From: the human T2T-CHM13v2.0 reference genome, Homo sapiens
DNA length: 64,000 nt
Assembly: GCF_009914755.1 (NCBI RefSeq)
Contig: NC_060930.1
Reading direction: 5' to 3' (one strand)
This document shows, in pieces, positions 17,431 through 30,719 of this stretch. The number at the start of each line of letters is the position of its first letter. The first letter of the stretch is position 1. The notes under the pieces were generated by a model that was given only the letters and a program-made list of their open reading frames with translations, was not told where the DNA came from and did no database searches. A program made the position numbers and the translations under genes.

Positions 17431-17804
17431 AGTTTGCATGAACTTGTTACTGGCAAGACCCAGTCAAGGGCGACACTGATCCTGCTGCTGGTTCCCGAAT
17501 GTCCACGCTTTCTAAAACCTTTGCACAGCAAAGAGCTCTTATATAAGCATCTGGGGGAGGGCTATGTTCACTCGTCTGCCTTGCTAGAGTGAATCGATAG
17601 CTTCCCTTTACCCTATTCCTAATGTCTTCGCTCAGCTCATCAAACAGCAGCTGCTCCACTGTATATATCCCATACACATTTATTCAGCATCATATACCCT
17701 TAGAAGTTGCTGTCTTTTGACACCATGGGGATAATGAAAAAATAAAAAATTACAAAGTAAAGGAAGTCTCATAAACTATTTGTGGTCATTATTCCTTGCC
17801 TCTT

Positions 17805-17830
17805 AAAAAAAAAAAAAAAAAAAAAAAAAA
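17805..17830 (+). repeat. A26 homopolymer
   Basis: 26 consecutive A, no adjacent Alu or L1 body. Confidence 0.95.
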
Positions 17831-18539
17831 GCTTGAGCTTCATTCCCCAGCTGTCTTTCCCGACCGCCTTGTAAGCTGGACATACAGATATCATTAGACC
17901 CAAGACCTGTCAAGACTTTTCAGTCTTATCTACTCTGTCCACATGGATCCCATTCTATCTCTAACACCACAGTCTTCAGCGTGACCACTCTTCTGTATAA
18001 AAACGAGAACCTATTGTTACAGAGGGAATCCAAGTTATCCTTAGTAAGCATTCATTAAATGCAATGCAACATACGTAATTGATCTGTGGTTCTCACTAAG
18101 CCCTGCAAGGCACATATCTCCAGTTCCACTTTACAGATTTGTAAATTGAGCTTCAAGCAGTATAACAGCTTGGTAGGAATGGAAAAGATGAAGCATAAAA
18201 TCAGGTCATGGTCACTGAACCACAGTATCACTCAAAAAATGATCTAAATGATCAGTTGAACTCCTAAGTAGGACATATCCATGACTCATTTGTAAAATGT
18301 TGGTATATGCCATTTCCTTTCATGATATCTGAACCATTAATAATCTTGAACCATGTTAAAAAGAGCATAAAATTTTGAGGTATCAAAGGGATAATTTAAA
18401 ATTTATTTTCCTTGTAAAATGATGCTTCTCTTTACAAAGAATTTATAATAAGGACACCAAAGTGGTACAGTCCATTGCAACACGTCTAAGGAACAGTGTG
18501 TGGTCACATTGGACTAAGTATCATCTTCTCTGATTTGTT

Positions 18540-19320
18540 TAATCAGAGTTTGGTAGTTTTCTGCATATAGATCCTTGGTGAATTTTGTTGGATTATTATA
18601 CATAATAATTTTATTTGTTTTGGTGCTAATATAAATGATATTGTGTTTTTAATGTAAAATTCCAATTGTTTATTGCTAGTATATAGAAAATAAATTGGCT
18701 TTTGCATATTAGCCTTTTATCCTGCAACCTCTCTGTAATTGCTTGTTAGTTGCAATTGATTTTGTTGTTGTTGTTGTTGATTCTTTCTGATTTTATACAG
18801 AAACATTTCATCTGTGAAAAAAAAAAGTTTTATTTCTTCCCTTTCAATTTGTATGGCTTTTATTGTCTTTTTGTGCAAGCTAGGACTCCCAGTATGATAT
18901 TGAATAGAAGTAGGGAGAGAGGACATTACTTTCTAGCCTTATTCCTGATCTTGGGTGGAAGGCATCGAGTTTCTCACTATGAAGTACCATGTTAGCTGTA
19001 GGTATTTTACAGATAATCTTTGTTAAACTTAGCAAGTTTTGCTCTATTCCTAGAGTGCTGAGAGATTTTATATTAAATAATTGCTGGAATTTTTAAAATA
19101 TTTGTTGTGCCAATTGACATGGTTGTTGACTTTATGTATTTTGCCTTTGATAAGATGGATTACATTCATTGATTTTGGAATGCTGAACCAGCCTTGCATA
19201 TCTGAGATAAATCTCACTTGGTTGTGGGTTGTAGTTCTTTCTATACATTTTTGATTTGATTTTTCTAATATTTTTTTGAGAATTTTTGCATTTACGTTTG
19301 AGAGAGCTATTGCTCTGTAG
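18540..19320 (-). mobile_element. Old L1M ORF2, left part
   Basis: Minus-strand translation NAKILKKIL...FISDMQGWF; resumes at 20551. Confidence 0.85.
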
Positions 19321-19331
19321 TTTTTTTTTTT

Positions 19332-19864
19332 AAATATACAATTGTTTTTACTGTGTTCACAGGATTGTGCAACCATCACCACAATCAATTTTAAAATATT
19401 TCTGTCACCCCAATAAGAAACCCAGTATCCATTAGTATTCATGTTCCATTTCCTTATGCTTCCACTAGCCTAACACACCTAGGCCTATGCCATCATTAGT
19501 CCACTTCCTGTCTCTGTAATTTTGCCTATTCTGAGCCTTTCATGTCAATAGAATTATACAATATGTAGTACTTTGTGAATGGCTTTTTTATGTAGCATAA
19601 TGTTCTCCAGCTTCATCAATGTTGTAGCATGTGTAACTTCATTCTTCTGAAGGCTAAATAATATTCCATTGTATGACTATGCCACATTTCCTTTAACTTA
19701 TCCATTGATGAACACGTAGGTTGTTTCCACCTTTGTGCTATTGTGAATAGTGCTGCTATGAACATTTGTGTACAGGTTATTGTGTGGACATATGTTTTCA
19801 TTTCTCTTGGGTATATACCATGGAGTGGAATTGCTGAGTCAAATGGTGACTCCATGTTTATGTG
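19332..19864 (-). mobile_element. L1MB 3' region, probably transduced
   Basis: ttgtgcaaccatcaccacaatcaatttt...gaaacccagtatccattag; lacks the native L1MB terminus. Confidence 0.8.
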
Positions 19865-20550
19865 TTTTGTTTTTTTTTTATTATTATACTTTAAGTTTTA
19901 GGGTACATGTACCCAACGTGCAGGTTTGTTACATCTGTATACATATGCCATGTTGGTGTGCTGCACCTATTAACTCGTCATTTTGCATTAGGTATATCTC
20001 CTAATGCTATCCCTCCCCCATTCCCCCACCCCACAACAGTCCCCGGTGTGTGATGCTCCCCTTCCTGTGTCCATGTGTTCTCATTGTTCAATTCCCACCT
20101 ATGAGTGAGAACATGCAGTGTTTGTTTTTTTGTCCTTGTGATAGTTTGCTGAGAATGATGGTTTCCAGCTTCATCCATGTCCCTATAAAGGACATGAACT
20201 CATCATTTCTTATGGCTGCATAGTATTCCATGGTGTATATGTGCCACATTTTCTTAATCCAGTCTATCATTGTTGGACATCTGGATTGGTTCCAAGTCTT
20301 TGCTATTGTGAATAGTGCTGCAATAAACATACGTGTGCATGTGTCTTTATAGCAGCATGATTTATAATCCTTTGGGTATATACCCAGTAATGGGATGGCT
20401 GGGTCAAATGGTATTTCTAGTTCCAGATCCCTGAGGAATCGCCACACTGACTTCCACAATGGTTGAGCTAGTTTACGGTCCCACCAACAGTGTAAAAGTG
20501 TTCCTATTTCTCCACATCCTCCCCAGCACCTGTTGTTTCAAAACAACAGG
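19865..20550 (-). mobile_element. L1PA (L1PA3/4-like), 3' ~680 bp
   Basis: Antisense L1PA 3' UTR with T tail; ORF2 C-terminus in ORF 20088-20459. Confidence 0.95.
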
Positions 20551-22012
20551 TGCTCTGTAGTTTTCTTTCCTTCTAATGTATTTATCTGGTTTTTAGTGTT
20601 AGGGGAATGCGTACCTCACAGAATGAATGAGAAACTGTTCCCTGGTTCTATTTTTTCCATACATTTCTGCAAAATGTATGGAAAAACTGGTATTATTTTC
20701 TTCACAAATGTTTAATAAAATTCATCAGTTAAATCATATAGGCCTGATGCTTTCTATTTAAGAAGGTTTTAAATTATTGATTCAATATCCTATATTCAGA
20801 TTATGTTTCTCTTCAGTGAGTTTTGGTATTTTGTATCTTTCAAGAAATTGACCATTTCATCTAAGACTTAAATTTGTGGATATAGAGTTGTCCATAATAT
20901 TTATTTATTCTATGAGTTTTAAAAGCTCATAGAATTAATACTGATTTTTTTTTTAATTTTTGATATGTTTCATTTGTGTCTTCTCTCTTATTGCTTTGCT
21001 AACCTGGCTAGACATTTATCAATTTTATTGATCTTTTTTTAAAAATCAGCTTCTTAAAGAACTTTTCTTCCTTATGGATTTTCTTTTTCAATTTCATTTG
21101 TTAAAGCTCTAATTTTTATTACTTCTACTTTTCTACTTGATTTAGGCTTTACTCTTCTTTTTCTACTTTTCTAATATGGAAGCTCAGTTTATTTATTTTG
21201 AATATTTCTTTTTTTCTAATATATTTTATGCTATAAATTTTCCTCCAACCACTGCTGTGGTTGCATTCCACAAATTTTGATAACCTGTGTTTTTATTTGT
21301 ATTTACTTAGTTCTAAATATTTTTAAATTTATTTTGAGAGTTCTTCTTTAACTCACATTATTTAGAAGTATGTTCTTTAATCTCAAATATTTTGGATTTT
21401 CCAGGTGTTTTACTGTTATTAATTTCTAGTTTAATTCCATCATTGTTTAAGCATATACTTTACATAATTTTTATTTTTAAAAATTTGTTAAAGTGTGTTT
21501 TATGGAACAGAATGAATTCAGTATTGTTTAATGTTTTCTATGAGCTTGAGAAGAACACGCATTCTGTTGTTAGATGAAATATTCTATATATATGTATAAA
21601 GTGGATCCAACTGATTGATTGTGCTGTTCAGTACAACTCTTTCTTTAGTGATTTTATGATCATTGGATATGTTAATTTTTGATAGGTGTTGTGCTGAAGT
21701 CTCCAGATATAATAGCATACTCCTCTATTGCTTCTTGGAGTTCTTTTTTTTTTTTTTTTTGCTTCATGTATTTTAATATTCTCTTCACAGGTAAATGAAT
21801 AAGATTTTTTATATCTTCTTGGAGAACTGACCCATTTTAAAAATCACTTAATACCCCTGTTTGTCACAAATAATTTTTCTTGATAAGAAGTTTGCCTTGT
21901 CTGAAATTAATATATCTATTTTTATGAGTTAAAACAGCTTTCCTTTGATCAGTGTTAACATAGTATATCTTTATCCTTTTACTTTAACCTATCTGTGCTT
22001 TATATTTAAAGT
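20551..22012 (-). mobile_element. Old L1M ORF2, right part
   Basis: Colinear continuation of 18540-19320; T-rich antisense ORF2. Confidence 0.8.
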
Positions 22013-22014
22013 CA

Positions 22015-22280
22015 TGGTGGGAGTCTAGTTCAAAACTAAACCCTGTAGGCTAGAGAACCAGCAAGAATTCAGTGTTTCCATTTCAGCCCAAAAGCAAGAA
22101 AAATATAATGTTCCAGTCTGAAGACTGTTTGGCGGAGGAATTCTCTCGTACTCGTCCTTTTTGATCTCTTAGCGGCATCAACTGATTGAGTGAAGCTCAC
22201 CGACATAAGGGAGTGTAATCTTCTTTATTCAGTCTACCAATTCAAAGGTTAACCTCATCCTGAAACACCCTCACACACAC
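22015..22280 (-). mobile_element. MLT2-type LTR fragment split by L1MA; resumes at ~24146-24214
   Basis: caactgattgagtgaagctcacc...aaacaccctcaca; terminal gtcaagttgacacataattttcactatcaca at ~24187-24214. Confidence 0.75.
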
Positions 22281-24145
22281 AATCAAAGAGGTGAAAGATC
22301 TCTACAATGAAAACTACAAAATATTGACTAATGAAATTGAAGAAAACACAAATAAATGGAAAGATGTCCAATGTTCAAGGACTGGAAGAATTAACATTGT
22401 TAAAATGCCCATAATTCCCAATCTATGGATATAATTTAATCCCTATCAAAATGCCAATGACATTATTCACAGAAATAGAAAAAAAATCATAAAACTTGCA
22501 TGGAACTACAAAAGACCCTGAAGAGCCAATGCAATCTTGAGCAAAAAGAGCAAAGCTGGAGACATTGCACTACCTGACTTAAAAATACACAAGGCAATAG
22601 TAACTAAAAGAGCATGGAATTGGCATAAAAAAGATGCACAGACCAATTGAATAGAGTATCTATATGACCCAGAAATAAATCCATGCATTTGCAGTCAATT
22701 AATCTATGACAAAGGCTCCAAGAACACACATTGAGGAAAGGACAGTCTCTTTAGCAAATGGTGTTGGGTAAACTGGATATCAACATGCAGAAGAATGAAA
22801 CTAGAACCTCATCTCTCACTGCCTACAAAAATCAACTCAAAATGGATGAAAGATTTAAATGTAAGACACGCAACTGTAAAACTACTAGAAGAATACATAG
22901 GAGAAACATTTAACATTGATCTGGGGAAGAGTTGTTTTTTTTTTTTTCAATACCTCAAAGCACAGACAACAAAAGCAAAAGTAGACAAACGCATTATTTC
23001 AAACTGAAAAGCTTCTGCACAGCTAAGAAAATAATCAACAGAGTAAAGAGATAACCTACAGAATTGGATAAAATATTTGCAAGTTACACATCTGAAGTGG
23101 GGTTAGTATCCAGAATATATTAGGAACTCAAACAACTCAATAGCAAAAAGATACAACTAAATTTTTAAATGGGCAAAAAATCCAAATAGACATTTCTCCA
23201 AAAAAGACATACAAAGGGACAACAGGTATATGAAAAAATGATCAACATCACTAACCATCAGGGAAATCCATATTAAAGCCACAATGATATATTGCCTCAC
23301 ACCTGTTAGAATAGCTATTATCAAAAAGACAAAAGATAACAAGAGTTGGCAAGGATGTGGAGAAAAGGGAACTCTTCTACACTGTTGGTTGGAATGCAAA
23401 TTAGTAGAGCCCCCATAGAAGACACTATGGAAGTTCTCCCAAAATTGAAAATAGAACTACCATATAATCCAACAATCCCACTACTGGGTATATATCCAAA
23501 GGAAATTAAATTGGTTGGTTCAAGAGATGTCTGCACACTCATGTTTATTGTAGCACTATTCACAATAGCCAAGATGTGAAATTAACCTAAGTGTCCATCA
23601 ACAAACAGATGGATAAAGAATATGTAATATATTTACACTATGGAGTACAATTCAGACATAAAAGAATAAAACCTGTCACTTTCAGCAAAATAAATGAACC
23701 TGGGAGACATTATGTTAATTGAGATAAGCCAGGCACAGAAAGTCAAATATTGTATGATCTCATTCATACGTAGAATGCAAAAACATTGATCTCAAAGAAG
23801 TAGAGAGTAGATTAGTGGTTACCAGAGGCAGGAAAGGGTAGAGGGAAGAGGGGCATAAAGAGAGGTTGGTCAATGGGTACAAACTTACACTTAGGAAGAA
23901 TGAATTATCATGTTGCATTGCACAGTAGAGTGACTGTAGTTAATAATATATTTTATATTTCAAAATAAATAGAAGAGAGGATTTTAATTCTTCCCACCAC
24001 AAAGAAATAATAAATATCTGATGTGATGGATATGCTTCTTATTCTAATTTGATCATTACACATTGTATACATATAGTGAAACATCACACTGTACCCCATA
24101 AGTATGTACATTTTTTGGTGTGTCAGTTAAAAAGTAAAAACAAAT
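22281..24145 (+). mobile_element. L1MA (L1MA4-6-like), 3' 1.9 kb
   Basis: ORF2 C-terminal remnants (ORFs 22795, 23346) and L1MA 3' UTR ending catcacactgtacccc...A-rich. Confidence 0.9.
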
Positions 24146-24214
24146 AATAATGTGTGACCAAATATATGAAAACCTTATGGCCCTGTCAAGTTGACACATA
24201 ATTTTCACTATCAC

Positions 24215-25145
24215 AATATGCACTGTAATTTTTCACTAAAAGCTGGAAATTGGGTAATAGGAGCTTAAGTTCATAAGCCTTTAGTGTGAGGTTTAATGTG
24301 AATCTGTCTAGGAGTTGGACTGTGTTTATGTTTGCAGTAGCTGTAGGGGCCATAGGTTTTATCATCCTCTAAATGTTCTTATTTTTGTCTCCTCTTTTGT
24401 CTTTGGATGTCTCTAATAATTCCTTTTATTGAATCTGCATCTTCAAGCTCTGTTAGTTATAATGCACTGTTATTATTCTAGAGCCCTTGTGATGTGATGG
24501 TAAGGCATTTTGTGATGGAAGGGAAAGTGCTCTATAATCCTGTAAATTAAATTTTAGTCTTTTAGGGGTCTGCATTTCTGAGCTATGGCCTTCATATGTG
24601 TTTCTTAGCTTTTATCTTTCCCCTCATAAGGAAGACAGGAAAACTAGAGCAGAATTTGACTGATTGCCTTTTCCCCAGATAGATTAGGTTTGGTTCTGGT
24701 TGTTGTTTCCCTTGGAGAGCAGTTCTTAGTCATGCTCTAAACGTATTTCAGAATGATTACTTTTCCTCTACCCCTAGTAGAAACATGACGGGATACGTCT
24801 TTAATCTTCATCATGAGAACTAGTCAGTTTCCTGGAGGAGAACTCATAAAAAGTGCAGCGGCTCCCTATGACTGTTGCCCCCAGGAGGTTCTCACTCTCA
24901 TGCTAGGTCATCCAGACTCAGCCTCCAGTAATTAGCCAAAACTACTTTGTGTCCAATCAGTTTATGACTATGTCTTTGCTCCAGGTAAGCTGATCTTCAT
25001 TGTGATTCTCTGCGTTCCTCTTTTCTCTACAGATTCTGGGTATTGGTTTACCTTGTGACCTTATTTCTCTAACAGGTCCAAGAAAAGTGGTTTATGTTCC
25101 CTTTCTCATGGGAGTGATGGATTCCAAGCACTTTATGTGTTAGAA
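24215..25145 (-). mobile_element. Old L1M 5'-end-like fragment
   Basis: gcctttagtgtgaggtttaatgtgaatctg...; resembles recalled L1MC/L1MD 5' ends. Confidence 0.5.
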
Positions 25146-25674
25146 ATAAAGCAGAACTTTACATCTTCTCTACCAGTGACATTTTTGGAACTGGGGCTGC
25201 CCTTAAATCTCAGGTTTTATTACTTAAGTAAATCTTACAGGTTACTTAGCAGATAAATACTATTGATTGGTGACTCAACATATAATAAGTATTTACAAAA
25301 ATGGATTAATAAATATTAATTTTCATCATCAATTTCTCTATGTAAACTGTTTATTGGTAGCAAATTAAAAAAATTTTAAAAAGCAAATTTAAGAGAAGAT
25401 AATGTTTTTTAATGCAATGGATTATTATGCAGATAATCAAATTCTAATACCTCCCTGTAGAAGAATGGGAATATGCAACATGTTTTCTATGGGTAACATT
25501 TTAGTATCATATGTATCATTTTCCTTAAGAGTAATATAAATAGCCATATTTAATTCAGTCTATACAGTTTTACCTTTACTTTTCATACAGGTAATACCTT
25601 CATATAGTGCAACACTATAATTAGTATTTAAACATAAAAAATCTAATATTTGCTTACAGATTGAACTTTAACTT

Positions 25675-26325
25675 TTTGGCTGGTTAAAAGGTTGGGTTTC
25701 CATTAACTGAAATGAGTAGGACTTCAGGTAGAGCAGATTAGTAGAAAACATTCATAAATTGCATTGGGTTATTTATGTTTCATATTCCTACAAGATATCC
25801 AAGAAGATAGGTTGCGTTGGCAGTCAGAAATATATATCTAGAGTTCATCATAGAAAGTTGGGCTGGAGATATGCATTTGAGAGTCATAAGTAATTAAAAG
25901 TTGTTCAAAACTATGGAACTAGATGAGATTACCAAGATAGAGCATATATGACAGAGAACCAAGCCTTGAGCCACAGGGTCGACAATATTAATCATTCAGG
26001 AGAGTGAGGAGCATGCTGTAAAGGAAACAGACTGAGGAGGAGTGAAGTGGGTAGAAAGAATATTAGGAACTGTGGCTTCCTGCAATTCAAGTGAATAACA
26101 ATTTAGGAAGAAAAAATGATCAACAGGATCAAATGCTGCTCATAGGTTGAGTAAGATGAGGACGAGATGGTATCATTTGATTCAGCAACACAGAAGTCAT
26201 TAGTGATCTTTACAAGAGACATTATAGTGGAGAGATGAAGGCAAAAGTTGTATTGGTGTAGGGTCAAGATAGAATGGAAGAAGTAGAAATGGAGACACCA
26301 AGTACAAACAATTCTTGTTATGACA
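25675..26325 (-). mobile_element. L2
   Basis: gggctggagatatgcatttgagagtcat; caaatgctgctcataggttgagtaagatgaggac. Confidence 0.8.
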
Positions 26326-26646
26326 GCATTTTCTTCTACTTCAAATTTTTTACTATCAATTCCCTTTTGGTGATCCAGTGGCCTGATTAAGTAGTGAATG
26401 AGTTGATAGTGAGAATCTTCTTCACTTGCATTGTTCTCTCTGCATAGAGAATATTCTTCCCTCAAAAGCTGTTTTCCATAATTAGCCTTCCACTGAGGCT
26501 GGCTTCTTCTCCAGGTGGACCGTGTTCCTATGTTTCTTATAGCCTGCTGCCCTAGGAGACAGTCCAATATTTTCAAATCTCTTAGGGTTCCCTTTATTTG
26601 CTTGCAGAGATAGGGTACGAATTTCTCTACAACAATAATGTGATTT

Positions 26647-27423
26647 TGAGACCGGAGAGTTCCCCTGAGCCCCTCATGGGACTTACAACAGGGGTGGCTC
26701 CTTTACTGGGTGCTGCACTCAAACCTCTTGAAGGAGAGGGAGCACACAGGTTAACGGGTGCAGGAGCCAGGACAAGTGCCTTTGGGCACCAGCAGGAACA
26801 AACCCCATACTAGCCTGTGCAGCAGCATGTAGGGGTTGCCTGTGACCTCTGGAGCCCCAGAGGGCATGTGTTACAATCAGTGCTCTTTTAGCATTTGTCT
26901 TCCAAGAATGACTAAGTGTTAAAACAGCTTGCTAGAGAGTCAGCGTGACAGCATCTTGCACCCGCAGCCAGGTCCTTTTCCGTGCCCAAGAGGAATGAGG
27001 TCACATGAACTTGAAGGATGATGAATGCAAAGATTTTACTGAGTGGGGAAAGTGGCTCTCAGTGGTATGGGGAGCTGGAAATGAGATGGAATGATAATCT
27101 TCCCCTGGGGTTCAGGTGAACTCCTCTCTGACCATTGTCTCCTATGTCCAGCTGCTCTTCTCCTCTCAACATTCAGATGCTTCTTCTCTTCTCTCCTTCT
27201 CTGCTGTGCCACTCTGCCCCTCTGCTAGTGGAGCTTTGGGTTTTTATGGGTACAGGATGGGGGGCATGGAAGGCCAGGGTGGTTTTGGAAAAGGCAACAT
27301 TTGGGCAGGAAAACCGGAATGCATGTTCTCATTTAGGGCTGCAGGTCTAGGCTTGAGGGTGGAGCCCTTGCCAATGACCCCGCCCTTTTCTACCCAGTTT
27401 TTCCCTGCCTCCTGTCCATATCA
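26647..27423 (-). mobile_element. Solo LTR, LTR1/MER52 group (ERV1)
   Basis: TG...CA termini; minus strand starts tgatatggacaggaggcaggg; near-TSD attt/attc. Confidence 0.85.
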
Positions 27424-27654
27424 ATTCTACCCTCAATGACTTCTTTTTAGTTTTATCTGCATAATGTCTAGGAATTCTTTGGCATGGGTGCCACCCATGG
27501 GTGGCATGGGTGGATACCTAGTGTCCAAGGGTTATTTCAAATTTTCTGTTCTTTTTAATAATTTTTGGTTATTCAGGTTTATTTTGTCAGAGGAAGGTAA
27601 AGGGAGGAATGATCATCTATGTTCAATCACATTTGTGGCAACTTAGGCTCAATA

Positions 27655-27810
27655 AAATTAGATTTGAGCTACTTACCAGCTGATTGCTGTTGGGCAAATT
27701 ACTAAACTTATCTATGTGTCAGTTACCTTATTCCTAAAGTGACTGATGAAACACAAAGTATTACTGTGAAAAATTGTAGTGCTTGGCACAAGTTAAACTA
27801 CTAGTTTTTG
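27655..27810 (+). mobile_element. MIR fragment
   Basis: ctacttaccagctg...ttgggcaaattactaaactt. Confidence 0.55.
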
Positions 27811-28844
27811 CCATTTTGAAAGCACACAGGATCTTCATGACATGCAGACATCACTGCTCATCTGTTATATGCAACCATAAAGGTATCATTAAACACTGGA
27901 GAAGACTGAACGTATGATGCAGAAAAAATACATAAGTTCTAAATTTCAGAAGTGTTGGGAGGAGTTAGAAAGAGGTGCATATTGTTGCCAAGATTTAAGA
28001 AAATTAGGTCTGAAAAAAATCATAGAATTTTTCTAGAAATAAAACACATGACAAAATCATGTTAGGAAGATTAAAATCATAGCAGAGCACCAAGGGGCAT
28101 ACTGGTCTTGGATTTTATGATTAATGGAAACATTATTATGTAGCCTCTAAAATTAATTTAGAGTACTTTTAATGCCCTTAAGGCATATAATAGGACAATG
28201 TAAGGTCACAAGCTTTAAATATAGCTATCATCACCCAATTCAATTTCTTCAAGCTGACTGCAAATTAGTTGTTTCTCCTCTAAGAGCCATTCTAATTCAG
28301 GGAATTAATAAGCAAAGCTTAATATGAAAACCTTCCTGCCTTGCAAACTATATTTTAGCCTGTGGTAAATGTGGTATACCATGAAGATCTTTTTTGCTAA
28401 ATCATGAGAATTTTAGAAAAATAAAAAGTTTGTGTGTCTTATTTTTATTAAGATGTTGCATATCTTATATTTAATTTAAAAACATTAAACAATCAAAAGA
28501 GATCTGATGTCTATTTTATTCATTCTATCATTTTTTAGCTTTAATTTAGGTAAATAATTTGTTTTTATTGTCAACAAGGTCATCTAACAGTTTTAAAATT
28601 AAATGCAAAAACATGTTTTCTACTGTTATTTGTTTATAAATATTGGCAAACCATGGGGTATGAGATTCTTATTTTTCTAAATAATCTCACTTTCAAAGTT
28701 TCAACATACTTATATGTGAAAAGGTTATGAAAAAAATGAAAAAGGGAGAAAGGCATGGAGATTAACTCTTTAATTTATTCCACAAAGCTGTATTAAATAG
28801 CTATTACATGCAAGTTCCTATACGATGCAAAAGAACTTATTGTC

Positions 28845-29250
28845 TTGTGGAAAAGCCAGTAAATAAATAGACAATACAACAATTTAAAAATTGCTATCAC
28901 AAAGGAAGTACTTAGGGGCACAAAGAAGAATACTGACACAGACAAAGGAAACAGGATTATTGTTTTTGCATAAAGTTGGTTTTCCAGTTATCTGTGCTGC
29001 ATATGTTGTTGAGAAATATGAGACACACATTCTGGAGAGAAGGAGTTGCATTTGCAAAAGCTTGGAAACTTAAGAAACTCCAGCATGGTTGGAAAAAGTG
29101 GTAAGAAGTGAAGGAATGAGGAGAGTTGACGCTGTATGGGTAGAAGCCTGATTTTTAAAAATTATTTTGTTTCAAGGAGTGTTATTGAATGCTTGACAGT
29201 TGAGTGTTGACTTGTCCATGTCTGTTTATTGAGAGAGCTACTTCCCAGAG
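28845..29250 (-). mobile_element. L2 fragment
   Basis: Diverged purine-rich antisense L2 motifs (gcatttgcaaaagcttgga...cagcatggttgga). Confidence 0.45.
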
Positions 29251-30719
29251 ATAGCGGGCTTCTTATTCTTAGGGAAACAAGCCTAATAACTGCTGATAGG
29301 TCAAGATAAGAACCAAAATGTGATCATATAATTTAGCAGCATTATAACATTAGTGGCCTTGGCAAGATTTAAAATAGATGTTACGAGGAAAGTTAGATAG
29401 AACTGACCAATGAACCTAGAAAAATCTATAGTCTATATTGAGGGCCTCCCTATTATAATTATGAAAAAAAAAGCTGTAGAAATATGCACATTGTGGATGG
29501 AGGTTAATAAAACATCTTTGAATGATAATAATCTAAATCCTTACTATTAAAAACTCTTTTCCAAGGAGTTTACCGAAGGGTGTGTGCAGATGAGCTCTAA
29601 TCCGTGCATAGAAAGAGCTATCCTCAGAATTCAGGAGCAAGGTCAGAAAATGCCCTCCTATGATATTGAAGATATTTATCATCTTCATAAAAATGTGCAT
29701 GTTTATCCATATTAAGGAGAAATGGTTTATGGAGGCTCTGCTGAAAATACAAATGCAGATCACAATTGCTATCAGGTGACTAATCTGTCTTGCAAATCTC
29801 ATAAAATAACTAATGGTAAATTGGCAAGTAATACATTATAACACTATTGAAAAATTGGTGTCATGATACCAAAATGGCAGCTTCAATATACAAAATGTTA
29901 GAGGTTAATGTATGTTAAATTCAGTCTTCAAAGTAAGGTGTGTGCATCATATAGGGGCCACAAAATGCTCAACAGGTCTATCTGAAAGGTAAACAAATAT
30001 TCCCACTTCTAAGCGTACATATGGGTTTGTGTATATACACATGCATATATGTGCATATCTATCTATCATCTATCTATCTATCTATCTAAATCTATAGTAT
30101 GTTTTATTTTGTCTGAAAAAGAAATTATTTACCCTTACTACCATTTAATGAAAGACTCAAATTGGCTTCTTAGTTGGCCCATGGTTAGCTGCCATTCTGT
30201 AGGGAGAGCTGTCTCCCAGATACACTTCAATGTAAAGGTGTTTGTGGTGGCATCCTTTTCTCCTCTTTCATCATGTTGCACATACTGTTGTTTACACACG
30301 AACAGTCATTTAAAGCAGGCAAAAGACAAGTAGGATTGTTCATATACTAGGAAATATAGAGGAGCAAACGTATTCAGGAAGCTACAACACATCTGATGCT
30401 ATGAGAAAGTAGGGAAAATATGGATGAGTAAGGAAATGAAATGGAAATCTAACTGTAAATGTCATAATATTGATAGTAAGGCATTCTTTTTCCTCCCTTT
30501 ATTGTTTTCTTTACCTATATTTCCAGTGGGCTCTGTGCTCGTTGTTTTGGGAGAAGTTTGTGGCAGGGAGGAATATAGGACAAGACCCTATGCTCTTACA
30601 GCTTTTATTTCCAGAAACTAGATGCACAAATTAGGAAAAGGATTCCTGACATACATAATATGAATTGAGAGAAATAGAAGGGAACATGAGACTTCTGTTT
30701 ATAATCTCCAAGATTAAAA

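Noticed and set aside
26103-26576. 157-aa minus-strand ORF
   Set aside because: Largely overlaps an L2 relic; no recognisable host protein
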